NCBI GenBank assembly: GCA_963796575.1
Contig: CAWCMG010000017.1
Coordinates: 245,234 to 309,233, forward strand
Origin: an uncultured Solirubrobacterales bacterium
GTDB lineage: Bacteria; Actinomycetota; Thermoleophilia; Solirubrobacterales; Solirubrobacteraceae
Direction: 5' to 3'
Length of the DNA: 64,000 nucleotides
Shown here piece by piece: positions 28,137 through 37,414 of this stretch. Each line of letters opens with the position of its first letter. The first letter of the stretch is position 1. Under the pieces are notes generated by a model that worked only from the letters and a program-made list of their open reading frames with translations, made no database searches and was not told where the DNA came from. A program made the position numbers and the translations under genes.

Positions 28137-28916
28137 CTAGTTGTTGAGAAGGCCGCCGATGATGTTTCCAAGGGCGCCTCCGCCCTGCTGCTGCTGGCCG
28201 CCGCCACCGCCGGTCTCCTCTCCCGGAGGGTGGAAGTAAGCGCTCTGGAGCCCGACTCTTCCCGGGCCGGTGAAGCGGTTGAACACGAGGTTGCCGGCGC
28301 CGCCGCCGAGGAAGCCGGTCTTGAACCCGTAGATCTCCTGCTCCATCTGCACCGAATGGTCGCGGAACAGCCAGCCCCCGGGCTCGATGTCGATCGTCTC
28401 CCCCGGCTCGAGCGCCTTCTCGAACACGTTGCCGTATCCATGGATCCAGACGACGCCCTCCAGATCGCCGGCGAAGAACTGATCGACCCAGAAACCGCCG
28501 CCGTAGAGCATGTTGGCGAAGCCCTGGATGCGGCTGTAGTCGTACTGGACGCCACCGGTGGCGGCGAGGAACTGGTGCTCGCGCACGATGATGCCCTGCC
28601 CCGGCTGCAAATGCAGCGCGACAACGTGACCGGGCGCATCGCGGCTGAACGCGATCTCCCCGGGCGATTGCGCCTCGAGCATCAGCAGCGGCATACCTCC
28701 GAACACGCGGCGCTTGAGTCCCTTGCCCAGGGGATGCAGACCGATCTGCATCTGCGGGTACTTCCACAGCAGCACGTGGTGCTCAAAGTAGACCGGCACC
28801 TGCCCATCGAGTGCCATGTGCAGCACCGGGACGAGTTCGCCTTCGAGCCGGTAGGTCACGCCGGGGGCGGTTCCCTGCGGGATCTGGGTCGGAAGGATCT
28901 GGGGGGCGGACGGCAT
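28137..28916 (-). CDS. AIM24/TIGR00266 (DUF124) family protein with a Gly/Gln-rich C-terminal tail
   Basis: YRLEGELVPVLHMALDGQVPVYFEHHVLLWK...GEIAFSRDAPGHVVALHL...EHQFLAATGGVQYDY...GVVWIHGYGNVFEKALEPGETIDIEPGGWLF...FTGPGRVGLQS. Start trimmed to ATG 28916 (SD GGAGAG 5 nt upstream) within track ORF 28137..29108. Confidence 0.78.
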   Translation of the reverse strand: MPSAPQILPTQIPQGTAPGVTYRLEGELVPVLHMALDGQVPVYFEHHVLLWKYPQMQIGLHPLGKGLKRRVFGGMPLLMLEAQSPGEIAFSRDAPGHVVALHLQPGQGIIVREHQFLAATGGVQYDYSRIQGFANMLYGGGFWVDQFFAGDLEGVVWIHGYGNVFEKALEPGETIDIEPGGWLFRDHSVQMEQEIYGFKTGFLGGGAGNLVFNRFTGPGRVGLQSAYFHPPGEETGGGGGQQQQGGGALGNIIGGLLNN

Positions 28917-29113
28917 GTGCTCTCTCCATTCGGGGACGTGGTCCGGCAGCCGCAAGCCGCTGCCCTCGACTTCGCTCCGGGGACGGTATCGCGCCCGGGC
29001 GCCCGCGGGCAAGCGCTCCGGCACGGCCCCCACGCGCCACCGCCCACCGCCGGCGCCACCGCCCCAGGCACGTTGAGATCCACCGCGACCACCGGCGATA
29101 ATCGGCACCGCCC

Positions 29114-30730
29114 ATGGCCCCGATCTACGTCACCGGCCACCGCAACCCGGATGCAGACTCGATCGCGGCGGCGATCGGCTACGCGGAGCTGAAGGGACGC
29201 CTGGACAGCCGGAACACCTACACCGCGGTGCGGCTCGGCCCGTGCAACGCGCAGACCCGCTGGCTGCTTGAGCGCAGCGCCGCTGCCCAGCCCGAGCTGC
29301 TCCCGCACGTAATGGTCCGGGCGGCCGATGTGATGACGGCGAGCTTTCCGGTCGTGGGCGAGGACGCTCCGATCCGCGAGGCCGGGCTCGCAATGGCTCG
29401 GGCGAGCCTCGAGCTGGTGCCGGTCGTCGACGGCGACGGCGCCCTCGCCGGCGTGGTCACCGAGCGCTCGCTGGCGCGCCGCTACATCCGCGAGACGCGC
29501 CAGACCTCGACGTTGCAGGACGCGCCAACCCAGGTCAGCGCGATCGTCGAGGTGCTCGACGGCGAGCTCCTCACCGGTGAGGACAGGCCGTTGTCGGGAC
29601 GCGTGTGGGTCCAGGCGATGGACCTGACCCGCACCGGGATCTCCGAGGGCGACGTGGTCGTAGTCGGCAACCGGACCGATGCCCAGCGGATGGCGATCGA
29701 GAAGGGCGCAAGGCTGATCGTGCTGTCCAACGACTCGACCCCGACGGACGAGATCCTCGCGCTGGCGCGCGAGCGCGGGACGGCGGTGATCGTCTCCGCA
29801 CTCGACAGCTACGTGTCGGGCAGGATGATCACGCTTGCGGCGCCGTGCGGCGCGCTGATGGAGCGTGAGCCGCTGACCGCCACCACCGAGTTCCTGGTCG
29901 CCGACATCTCCGAGCAGATCAAGGAGAGCCATTACGGCGCGGCGGTGGTGATCGACCCTCAGCGCCGCCCCGTCGGCCTGGTGACGCGATCCGATCTCGT
30001 GTCCCCGCCCCGCCGGCGGGTGCTGCTCGTCGACCACGCCGAACGGGCTCAGAGCGTCCCGGGCGTCGAGCAGGCGGAGATCGTCGAGATCCTCGACCAC
30101 CACCACATCGGGTCGATCGAGACCCAGATCCCGGTCACCGCCACTTTCGACCCGGTCGGGTCGACGGCCACGTTGGTCGTGGAGCGCTTCCGTCAGAACG
30201 GCATGGAGCCGAGCCCACCGACCGCGACGATGCTCCTCGGCGCGGTCATGTCCGACACGATCATCCTCAACTCCGCGACCACGACCGAACGCGATCGCCA
30301 AGTCGTCGAGTACCTCGAGCGAGTGCTCGCGATCGACGCGGCCGACTTCGGGCGCCAGATGTTCGAGGCCAGCTCCGACGTGTCCGAGGTGAGCGCCGAG
30401 GAGATCGTCTCCCGCGATGCCAAGCAGTACCACGCCAGCAGCGGCCACGCGATCTGCATCGCACAGATCGAGGTCGTGGGCAAGGCGCTGCTCGATCGCA
30501 AGGACGAGCTGCTCGAGGCGATGCGGGCCGCTCGCGAGAACCGGGGGCTGCAGCTCTACGCCTTGATGGTGACCGACGTGCTGACCAAGGGAACCGACCT
30601 GCTCGTGGCCGGCGACATCGCGGGCGTCGCCCGGGCGTTCGGCCTGCCCGCGCACGACAGCCGGATCGAGTTGCCCGGGGTAATGAGCCGGAAAAAAGAG
30701 GTCGCGCCCAAGCTGCTGGCGGCCCTCTAG
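29114..30730 (+). CDS. CBS-domain-containing family II (DHH) inorganic pyrophosphatase
   Basis: 538 aa. N-terminal DHH motifs (GHRNPDADSIAAAIGYA; LLVDHAE; ILDHHHIG), a CBS pair inserted after the first ~70 aa, and a C-terminal DHHA2-like domain. Confidence 0.82.
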   Translation: MAPIYVTGHRNPDADSIAAAIGYAELKGRLDSRNTYTAVRLGPCNAQTRWLLERSAAAQPELLPHVMVRAADVMTASFPVVGEDAPIREAGLAMARASLELVPVVDGDGALAGVVTERSLARRYIRETRQTSTLQDAPTQVSAIVEVLDGELLTGEDRPLSGRVWVQAMDLTRTGISEGDVVVVGNRTDAQRMAIEKGARLIVLSNDSTPTDEILALARERGTAVIVSALDSYVSGRMITLAAPCGALMEREPLTATTEFLVADISEQIKESHYGAAVVIDPQRRPVGLVTRSDLVSPPRRRVLLVDHAERAQSVPGVEQAEIVEILDHHHIGSIETQIPVTATFDPVGSTATLVVERFRQNGMEPSPPTATMLLGAVMSDTIILNSATTTERDRQVVEYLERVLAIDAADFGRQMFEASSDVSEVSAEEIVSRDAKQYHASSGHAICIAQIEVVGKALLDRKDELLEAMRAARENRGLQLYALMVTDVLTKGTDLLVAGDIAGVARAFGLPAHDSRIELPGVMSRKKEVAPKLLAAL

Positions 30731-30758
30731 GCCAAAAGTGATCGGAAGCCGCCGCCGA

Positions 30759-31118
30759 CTAGCCCGAGCTGGCGGCGCCGACCGCCACCGCCGGCGCTTC
30801 GCCCCAGAGCTGCTCGAGGCGGTAGTACTCGCGCGTCTCCGGGGTGAAGACGTGGACGACGACGTCGAGGTAGTCCATCAGGATCCAGCGCGCGCCGGGA
30901 AGCCCCTCGACGCGCTGGGGAAGCCGGCCGTGCGCCGATTTCAGGCCTTCATGGATGCCGTCGTGGATCGCCTTCGTCTGGCGCTCGCTGCGTCCCGTGC
31001 AGATCACGAAGTAGTCCGTATAGCCGATCATCGCCCGCAGGTCCAGCTGAACGATCTCCAGCGCCTTGCGATCGGAGGCGTACTCCGCGATCGCGGCTGC
31101 GAGCTCTTCGGGGGTCAT
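30759..31118 (-). CDS. rsfS: Ribosome silencing factor RsfS
   Basis: LEIVQLDLRAMIGYTDYFVICTGRSERQTKAI...WILMDYLDVVVHVFTPETREYYRLEQLW. Start trimmed to ATG 31118 within track ORF 30759..31409. Confidence 0.9.
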   Translation of the reverse strand: MTPEELAAAIAEYASDRKALEIVQLDLRAMIGYTDYFVICTGRSERQTKAIHDGIHEGLKSAHGRLPQRVEGLPGARWILMDYLDVVVHVFTPETREYYRLEQLWGEAPAVAVGAASSG

Positions 31119-31128
31119 CGGGTTCAGG

Positions 31129-31725
31129 CTACCCCCCATACAGGCGATGGCGATCGATGTAGCCCACGACCGCGTCGGGAACGTAGTACCTGATCGGCTC
31201 CCGGTCGCGAACGCGCCGGCGCAGGACCGTCGAGGACACGCCGATCGTCGGCATGTGGAAGAACCGGGCTCGCTCGCCCCCCGCCAGGCCGCCCAGCGCC
31301 TCGTCGACCTTGGCGCGCGAGGTGCCGCGTCGCCCGGCCACAGCGAGCGTCGCGAGCGACAGCACTCGCTCCGGCTCCCGCCACCGGGGCAGGCCGGCGG
31401 CGATGTCACCGCCGACGATCAGGAACAGCTCGCTTTCCGGCTCTCGAGAATGCAGCAATTCCAGGGTATCGACCGTGTACGACGGGCCCTCGCGCGCGGT
31501 CTCGACATCCGAGACGTCGAACCGGTCATCGTCGCCGACGGCGGCCCGGCACAACTCGAGCCGGTGGTCGGGACCCGGCTCCTCTTCGACGCGCTTGTGC
31601 GGTGGTATCCGTGCAGGGATCAGCGTCACTCGGTCGAGTTCGAGCTGAAGGTACGCCTCCTGAGCACAGATGAGGTGACCAAGATGTGGCGGATTGAAGG
31701 TCCCGCCCAGAATGCCGATCCGCAC
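31129..31725 (-). CDS. nadD: Nicotinate-nucleotide adenylyltransferase
   Basis: 198 aa with the GGTFNPPHLGH motif. Confidence 0.92.
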   Translation of the reverse strand: MRIGILGGTFNPPHLGHLICAQEAYLQLELDRVTLIPARIPPHKRVEEEPGPDHRLELCRAAVGDDDRFDVSDVETAREGPSYTVDTLELLHSREPESELFLIVGGDIAAGLPRWREPERVLSLATLAVAGRRGTSRAKVDEALGGLAGGERARFFHMPTIGVSSTVLRRRVRDREPIRYYVPDAVVGYIDRHRLYGG

Positions 31726-31783
31726 CCTGGGTCAGCGCTCCGGACCGCTCACGTTCGCGCCGCGGGGCAGCGCCCCGACCCGT

Positions 31784-33046
31784 TCACGTTCGAACGTGGC
31801 CGGAACCCTCGACGAGGTACTTGAACGAGCACAGCTCGCGCAGCCCGATCGGCCCGCGTGCGTGCAGCTTCTGGGTCGAGTTCCCGATCTCCGCACCCAT
31901 CCCGAACTCCCCGCCGTCGGTGAACCGGGTGGACGCGTTGACGTACACGCACGCGGCGTCCACGCCGAGTTGGAAAGCGCGCGCGGCCTCGGTGTCCCGG
32001 GTGACGATCGCCTCGGAGTGACCCGAGCCGTAGCGGTTGATGTGCTGGATCGCCTCCTCGGCCGAGTCGACAACCCGGACCGCGAGCGTCAGCGCGTGAT
32101 ATTCGGTCGCCCAGTCCTCCTCGGTTGCGGCCGCCACCGGCACTCCGCCGGTACAACCCTGCGCTCGCTCGTCGACGCGCAACTCGACCCCTGCAGCCGC
32201 CAGCGCCTCGAGCGCCGCCGGCAGGAACTCGGCCGCGACCGCTTCGTGCACGAGCAGCGTCTCGGCCGCATTGCAGACGCTCGGTCGCTGGACCTTCGCA
32301 TTCAAAGTGATCGCCAGGGCGTCGTCCAGAGACGCCGTCGCGTCCACGTACACGTGGCAGTTCCCGGACGCCGCGTACATCACAGGGACCGTCGCCACGG
32401 CCTTCAGGGCCGCCTTCAGTCCCTCGCCGCCGCGCGGGATGATCAGGTCCACGACCCCCTCCTGCGTGGCGAGCTGCGGCAGATCCTCGCGGCCGCCGGC
32501 GACGAGCGCCATCGCCCCGTCCGGCATCCCAGCCGACAGCCCGGCTTCGACCGCCACGGCAGCCAGGACCGCGTTCGAATGCGCGGCCATTGACGAGCCG
32601 CGCAGCACGATCGCGTTGCCGGACTTCAGGCAGAGCGCGGCGGCGTCGATCGTGACGTTCGGCCGCGCCTCGTACACGACCGCGATCACGCCGAGCGGGA
32701 CCCGCACCTTCCGTACGTCGAGCCCGTTCGAGAGCCGGAACCCGTCGATGACCTCGCCGACGGGATCGGGCAGCGCCACGATGTCCCGCACCTGGCGGGC
32801 GATCGCCGCGATCCGGCCGGCGTCGAGCGCGAGCCGGTCCATCAGCGCGTCGGTCAGATCCGCCTCGCGCCCGGCCTCGAGATCACGCGCGTTGGCCTCG
32901 AGGATCTCCGGGGTCCGCTCGATCAGCTCGTCCGCGATCGCCTCGAGCGCCGCGTCCTTGACGCCGGAGGGCATGCTCGCCAGCGTGCGCGCGGCCCGCT
33001 TGGCCGCGGCGCAGGTCTCGGCAACGGATGTGGCGGTGGTCGCCAT
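31784..33046 (-). CDS. proA: Glutamate-5-semialdehyde dehydrogenase
   Basis: 420 aa. Aldehyde-dehydrogenase fold with the catalytic region NAKVQRPSVCNAAETLLVH. Located downstream of proB. Confidence 0.94.
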   Translation of the reverse strand: MATTATSVAETCAAAKRAARTLASMPSGVKDAALEAIADELIERTPEILEANARDLEAGREADLTDALMDRLALDAGRIAAIARQVRDIVALPDPVGEVIDGFRLSNGLDVRKVRVPLGVIAVVYEARPNVTIDAAALCLKSGNAIVLRGSSMAAHSNAVLAAVAVEAGLSAGMPDGAMALVAGGREDLPQLATQEGVVDLIIPRGGEGLKAALKAVATVPVMYAASGNCHVYVDATASLDDALAITLNAKVQRPSVCNAAETLLVHEAVAAEFLPAALEALAAAGVELRVDERAQGCTGGVPVAAATEEDWATEYHALTLAVRVVDSAEEAIQHINRYGSGHSEAIVTRDTEAARAFQLGVDAACVYVNASTRFTDGGEFGMGAEIGNSTQKLHARGPIGLRELCSFKYLVEGSGHVRT

Positions 33047-33095
33047 CGCCGTTACAGGTTACGCGAGCCGCTCGCACCGGTCCGGTCGCCGAGGC

Positions 33096-34187
33096 CTACG
33101 CGAGCACGAAGTAGTCGCGATGCACCGCCTCGTCGGTGGCCCGCGGCAGCCGCTCGCGCACATCGGCCGATTTCAGACCCCGGACCCGGCGCAGCTCGAC
33201 CGCGGAGTAGTTGCAGATCCCCTTCCCGACGAGCTCGCCGTCGAACGCGACCTCGACCGCGTCGCCGGCGTCGAACTCGCCGGCAACCTCGACGATCCCC
33301 ACCGGCAGCAGGCTGGTGCCGCCCTCGCGGAGCGCGCGTGCGGCGCCGGCGTCGATCTGGACCCGGCCGCGAACCGGCTTGGCGTACTTCAGCCACAGCT
33401 TGAAGCTCGAGTATCGCCCCGAGCGGGCAGGGAACCGCGTGCCGACCGGATCGCCGTAGGCCGCGGCAAGCAGCGCGCCCTGCCGGAGACCGCTCGCGAT
33501 CACCGTGGGAATCCCGGCCGCGGTGGCCATCTCGGCGGCGACCACCTTGGACCGCATCCCCCCGGAGCCGAGCGGCGACGTCGCGTGGCCGATCGCGAGC
33601 TGATCGAGCTGATCGAACTCCGTCACCTCCGAGACGAGACGCGCGCCCGGATCCACACGGGGATCAGCCGTGAACAGCCCTTCGGCGTCGGTCAGCAGCA
33701 ACAGCCGTTCGGCCGCGAGCAGAATCGCCACCTGCGCGGCCAGGAAGTCGTTGTCGCCGAACGAGATCTCGTCGGTCGTGGTGGTGTCGTTCTCGTTGAT
33801 CACCGGGATCACGCGCCAGTCCAGCAGCTTGCGCAGCGTCTGGCGGGCGTTCAAGTAGTGGGTGCGCGCGCTCATGTCGAAGAACGTGAGCAGCACCTGC
33901 GCGGTCTGCATCCCGCGCTCGCGCAGCAGCCCGTCGTAGACCTGGTACAGCTTGCCCTGACCGACCGCGCTCGCCGCCTGGAGCTCGTCCATCGCGCGCG
34001 GACGGATCGGGAGCGCCATCACGCCCATGCCGCGCGCGATCGCGCCGCTGGTGACGACCACCGGCTGGCGACCGGCGCGGTGAAGCTCGGCGATCTCGTC
34101 GCAGATCCGGCTGAGGACCTCGGTGCGGACCTCGCCGCGGTCGTCCGCGACGATGCTCGAGCCGAGCTTGACGACTACGGGGGCCAT
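33096..34187 (-). CDS. proB: Glutamate 5-kinase (with PUA domain)
   Basis: VVVKLGSSIV..., an amino-acid-kinase fold and a C-terminal PUA domain (GRVQIDAGAARALREGGTSLLPVGIVEV). I prefer the ATG 34187 start. The track start at 34241 adds 18 aa. Confidence 0.92.
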   Translation of the reverse strand: MAPVVVKLGSSIVADDRGEVRTEVLSRICDEIAELHRAGRQPVVVTSGAIARGMGVMALPIRPRAMDELQAASAVGQGKLYQVYDGLLRERGMQTAQVLLTFFDMSARTHYLNARQTLRKLLDWRVIPVINENDTTTTDEISFGDNDFLAAQVAILLAAERLLLLTDAEGLFTADPRVDPGARLVSEVTEFDQLDQLAIGHATSPLGSGGMRSKVVAAEMATAAGIPTVIASGLRQGALLAAAYGDPVGTRFPARSGRYSSFKLWLKYAKPVRGRVQIDAGAARALREGGTSLLPVGIVEVAGEFDAGDAVEVAFDGELVGKGICNYSAVELRRVRGLKSADVRERLPRATDEAVHRDYFVLA

Positions 34188-34247
34188 GGCCCCGACAAGA
34201 TTAGGACCCGTGGCCGCCCCCGTAGGTGCGGGGACGACCACTCGGGA

Positions 34248-35624
34248 TCAGGTGCAGAGCGGGTTCTTCGGCACCCCGCGGCATGGCCGGGGCATCGTCG
34301 GCTGCGGTCGCGGCGCCGGCTGCGGACGCTGATGCCTCGCCCCCGACTGTGCGATCAGGGTCAGGATCTCGCTGAACAGGGCGTCGCCGCCGTTCGGCGT
34401 GGTGGCGTTCTGACAACCCCATGTCCCTTCGATGTTCGCCGGGCTCGAGGTGGCGAACGTGTTGTCCGAGAAGCAGTTGTTGACCGAGTTCTGCGTTCCG
34501 AACACGCCACCCTCGAGCGCGATGTCGGCGGTGCCGGGAGCCGTCGCGTTGCCGGTGATGACGTTGTCCGACACCCGGTTGCCCGAAGACTGGAAGTAGA
34601 CGGTCTTGGGCGTCGGCGGGAACGGATCCGGCCGCTCCAGGACGAGCACGCCGAACGTCGGGTTGTCGCGGATCGTGTTGTCCTCGATCAGATCGGCGTA
34701 GTCGCCGCCGAGCACGACCCCCTCGCCCCACGGCGCGTTGAGGATGTCCGAGTTCGCGGGCGTCGAGATGTTGCCGTTGTCCTCGATCAGGTTGTCGCGG
34801 AAGATCGTGCACCGATCGATCTCGGTCGAGGTGAACGTCGGCAGCGTCGCGTGGTTCGACGTCGAGTTGCAGGCCCCGTCCTGCGGCGGTGGTAGATCGT
34901 CGTCGGGCTCGGAGTCCGGGGCGACGCCGACGCTGTTGTCGCGGAAGGTCGAGTCCTCGACGATCAGGTGCCCGCCGGCGTTGGTGCTCGACCAGCCCAG
35001 CGCGTTGCGCTCGACGAGCGCGTCCTGCACAAGCGCCTGGCAGTCGCGGCAGCCTCCGACGTACACGCCGGAGTCGTTGAACCCGGACGCGTACACGTGC
35101 TTGAAGAACCCGTCGACGGAATGACCGGCGTACAGCCCGTAGCCGCCGAGCAGCCCGGTGTCGTAGGCGGTCAGGTACTGACCCCACCAGCCGTGAATCC
35201 CAATCCGGGTGCCCTCGGGGCCCGCTCCCTCCCACCACACCTCGTTGCCGTCGGCCGAGTCCTCGCGCGTGCGCCGGTCGAAGTTGCGCACGGTCAGGTT
35301 CTCGACCCAGACGCCGCTGGCGGTGATCACGACTCCGTTGCCGACGTGGTGGCGGCCGTCGAGGATAACCTTGTCACGGTTCATGCCGCGCAGATGGAGG
35401 TCCGGCGTGGTGATCCGCACGGTCCCGGTGTACACGCCGGGCGCGATCAGGATCCAGTCGCCGCGGTGGGCGGCGTTCACTGCGGCCTGGATCGTCGCGT
35501 AGTGCGGATACGAGACCTGCCGCTGCGTCACGATCAGGACGCGCGCGGACGCGGCCGCGGCTCCGGCTGCGAACAGAGCAGTCGCCGCGATCAGCGCGGC
35601 CGCAAACCGCCGCGCGATCCTCAT
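34248..35624 (-). CDS. Secreted right-handed parallel beta-helix repeat protein (paralogue 2)
   Basis: Signal peptide MRIARRFAAALIAATALFAAGAAAASA, then IQAAVNAAHRGDWILIAPGVYTG. Repeated xxNxxxDNxx rungs (VEDSTFRDNSVG, FRDNLIEDNGN, IEDNTIRDNPTFG, NRVSDNVITGN). Cys-containing tail MPRPCRGVPKNPLCT. Start trimmed to ATG 35624, which overlaps the upstream TGA (ATGA). Confidence 0.75.
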   Translation of the reverse strand: MRIARRFAAALIAATALFAAGAAAASARVLIVTQRQVSYPHYATIQAAVNAAHRGDWILIAPGVYTGTVRITTPDLHLRGMNRDKVILDGRHHVGNGVVITASGVWVENLTVRNFDRRTREDSADGNEVWWEGAGPEGTRIGIHGWWGQYLTAYDTGLLGGYGLYAGHSVDGFFKHVYASGFNDSGVYVGGCRDCQALVQDALVERNALGWSSTNAGGHLIVEDSTFRDNSVGVAPDSEPDDDLPPPQDGACNSTSNHATLPTFTSTEIDRCTIFRDNLIEDNGNISTPANSDILNAPWGEGVVLGGDYADLIEDNTIRDNPTFGVLVLERPDPFPPTPKTVYFQSSGNRVSDNVITGNATAPGTADIALEGGVFGTQNSVNNCFSDNTFATSSPANIEGTWGCQNATTPNGGDALFSEILTLIAQSGARHQRPQPAPRPQPTMPRPCRGVPKNPLCT

Positions 35625-37213
35625 CCTTGCTTCGCCCGGCACCACGGATTCGCGGGGACGCCCGCGCACGGGTTCGGCATCGTGGCCAGATGCTTGGGCA
35701 GCCGGTGCATCACGACCTTCGACAGGCGCGGATAGTGGTCGGTTGGCTGGCAGGGAGGCTTGGCGCCGGGCGTCAGCATGACCCCCGAGTCGCACAGCAC
35801 CTCGTTCGTGAACGACCCGGACTCCGGATCGCTCGGGGCAACCGTCTGGCCGTTGCACGTCGGGTACAGCTGCTCGGCGTTCGACGGTGCGGTCGTGATG
35901 GGACCGCCGCCCTGCTCGGCGTTACCGCTGATGCAGTCGGTCGGACCCGGCTCGAAGTTCGTCATGCCGAAGTCGCCATTGGTCGGGTTGTCGAAGAACC
36001 CGTTGCCCGCGAACGTGTTGTCGATCACCGCGTCACCGCTCGGGTCGAACAGGCAGCTGCCCGCGCCGACCCAACCCTTGACGCCGCCCGTGCACGGACC
36101 TCCGTTGTCAGGATACGGAACGATGATTTGGCCCCAGGCGCCGTTGTCCTCGAACGTGTTGTCCATCACGGTGTCGTTACGAGCTCCCGACAGCGACATG
36201 CCCGTGCCGACCGGCCCCGCCGCGGCCGACCCCGCCGATGGGGCGTCCGGGTTGTTGTTGTGGTCGAACAGGTTGTGGATCAGCACCCAGCACGACGGCG
36301 CGCCCGCGACCGGGGGCTTCACGCCGGCCGGGCACGCCCCGTTCTGTGGCGGCGGGTTGTCGTCGTTCTGGCTGTTGGTGTCGAACCCGTCCTCGTTGTT
36401 GTCGAAGCGCGAGTTCTCGATCAGCATCCAGCCGCCCGAGTTCGATCCCGAGTACCCGAGCGCGTTGTACTCGGCCCAGGCGTGATCCATCGTCTGGTGA
36501 CAGAACTGCTGGCACGCGCCGATGTACATCCCGGAGTCGTTGAAGTTGCTGGCGTACAGCTGATCCCAGGTGCCGCCGGTCCAGTTGCTCGAGAAGATGC
36601 CGTACTCCGCCGCGGTCGTCTCGTTCTTGAAGAACGTGCTGGTCGCGGTCAGATACGAGCCGTTGTAGCCCCACCCGCCGATCTTGCCGCTGTTGTCGCC
36701 GCCGTTCCACCAGATCTCGTTGCCGGCCTCGCCGGAGCCGCCGAGGAAGTTGCAGGCGGTCAGGTTCTGCACCCAGACGTTGTCGGCCTTCCAGACCATG
36801 ATCCCGTTGAGCCCGAGCGTCCCCTTCTTAGCCTCAGGTCCGAAGTTCTGCACCGTAGCGGACTTGCCGCAACGGGGTGAGCCCGGCTTGGTGCCGTCGA
36901 CGATCACCGTGTTCCGGTCCATCCCTCGCAGGTGGAGGCGCGGCGTCGTGATCAGGATGCCGGCGGGCGAGTCGGGCGCTCCCTTGGGAGCGCTGCTCGA
37001 GCTTGTCTTGTAGTCGCCGGGGGCGATCAGGATCCAGTCCCCGGGGTTGGCGGCGTTGACCGCCGCCTGGATCGACGTGAACTGGCCACGAATGCCGTGG
37101 TAGGTGCCGACCCGGAGCACGCGCGCGCCGGCGGCCGGCGCGGCGACCACCGACAGCGTCGCGACCAGCACGGCGACGAAGCCCGCCAGGGCCAGTTTGT
37201 GATGCTTGAGCAT
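35621..37213 (-). CDS. Secreted right-handed parallel beta-helix repeat protein (paralogue 1)
   Basis: Signal peptide MLKHHKLALAGFVAVLVATLSVVAAPAAGA, then IQAAVNAANPGDWILIAPGDY. Beta-helix rungs (IENSRFDNNEDG, NDTVMDNTFEDNG, AVIDNTFAGNG). Tail MPNPCAGVPANPWC is shared with paralogue 2. SD GAGGAGG upstream. Confidence 0.75.
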   Translation of the reverse strand: MLKHHKLALAGFVAVLVATLSVVAAPAAGARVLRVGTYHGIRGQFTSIQAAVNAANPGDWILIAPGDYKTSSSSAPKGAPDSPAGILITTPRLHLRGMDRNTVIVDGTKPGSPRCGKSATVQNFGPEAKKGTLGLNGIMVWKADNVWVQNLTACNFLGGSGEAGNEIWWNGGDNSGKIGGWGYNGSYLTATSTFFKNETTAAEYGIFSSNWTGGTWDQLYASNFNDSGMYIGACQQFCHQTMDHAWAEYNALGYSGSNSGGWMLIENSRFDNNEDGFDTNSQNDDNPPPQNGACPAGVKPPVAGAPSCWVLIHNLFDHNNNPDAPSAGSAAAGPVGTGMSLSGARNDTVMDNTFEDNGAWGQIIVPYPDNGGPCTGGVKGWVGAGSCLFDPSGDAVIDNTFAGNGFFDNPTNGDFGMTNFEPGPTDCISGNAEQGGGPITTAPSNAEQLYPTCNGQTVAPSDPESGSFTNEVLCDSGVMLTPGAKPPCQPTDHYPRLSKVVMHRLPKHLATMPNPCAGVPANPWCRAKQG

Positions 37214-37414
37214 CCGTGCAGACCTCCTCAGTCTCTTTCGGCGGCGGTTCTCAGCAGCGGTGATAAACCGTTGCGTACCGGATAGTTTCGGCGCGCGATC
37301 GTACCCGGATCCGCTCGAGGAAGCGGACCCACACGTTGTGGTGGCCCTTCGCCCCGAGATCGACCCTCGCGACTGCTGTTGGCGCCGGCCGCGAACGCCG
37401 ACGTGCTGCGCGGG

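Noticed and set aside
27149-29113. A genomic island or prophage integrated at tRNA-Ala.
   Set aside because: No integrase, excisionase, phage or conjugation genes are present, and I saw no direct repeat of the tRNA 3' end. Only remnants are present, so I report a scar rather than an island.
28856-30655. A 599-aa minus-strand ORF.
   Set aside because: It is antisense to the CBS-pyrophosphatase gene, which has DHH, CBS and DHHA2 signatures.
32271-34895. An 874-aa plus-strand ORF.
   Set aside because: It is antisense to proA, proB and the beta-helix gene. The sequence is low-complexity and has no motifs.
34248-35858. The N-terminal 78 codons of track ORF 34248..35858, together with similar 5' extensions of the rsfS, ndk, AIM24, mrdA, mreB and folC track ORFs.
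   Set aside because: These extensions overlap the upstream gene or intergenic repeats and are Arg/Pro-rich. They precede an internal Met or Val that matches the family N-terminus or signal peptide, often with an ATGA/GTGA coupling overlap.
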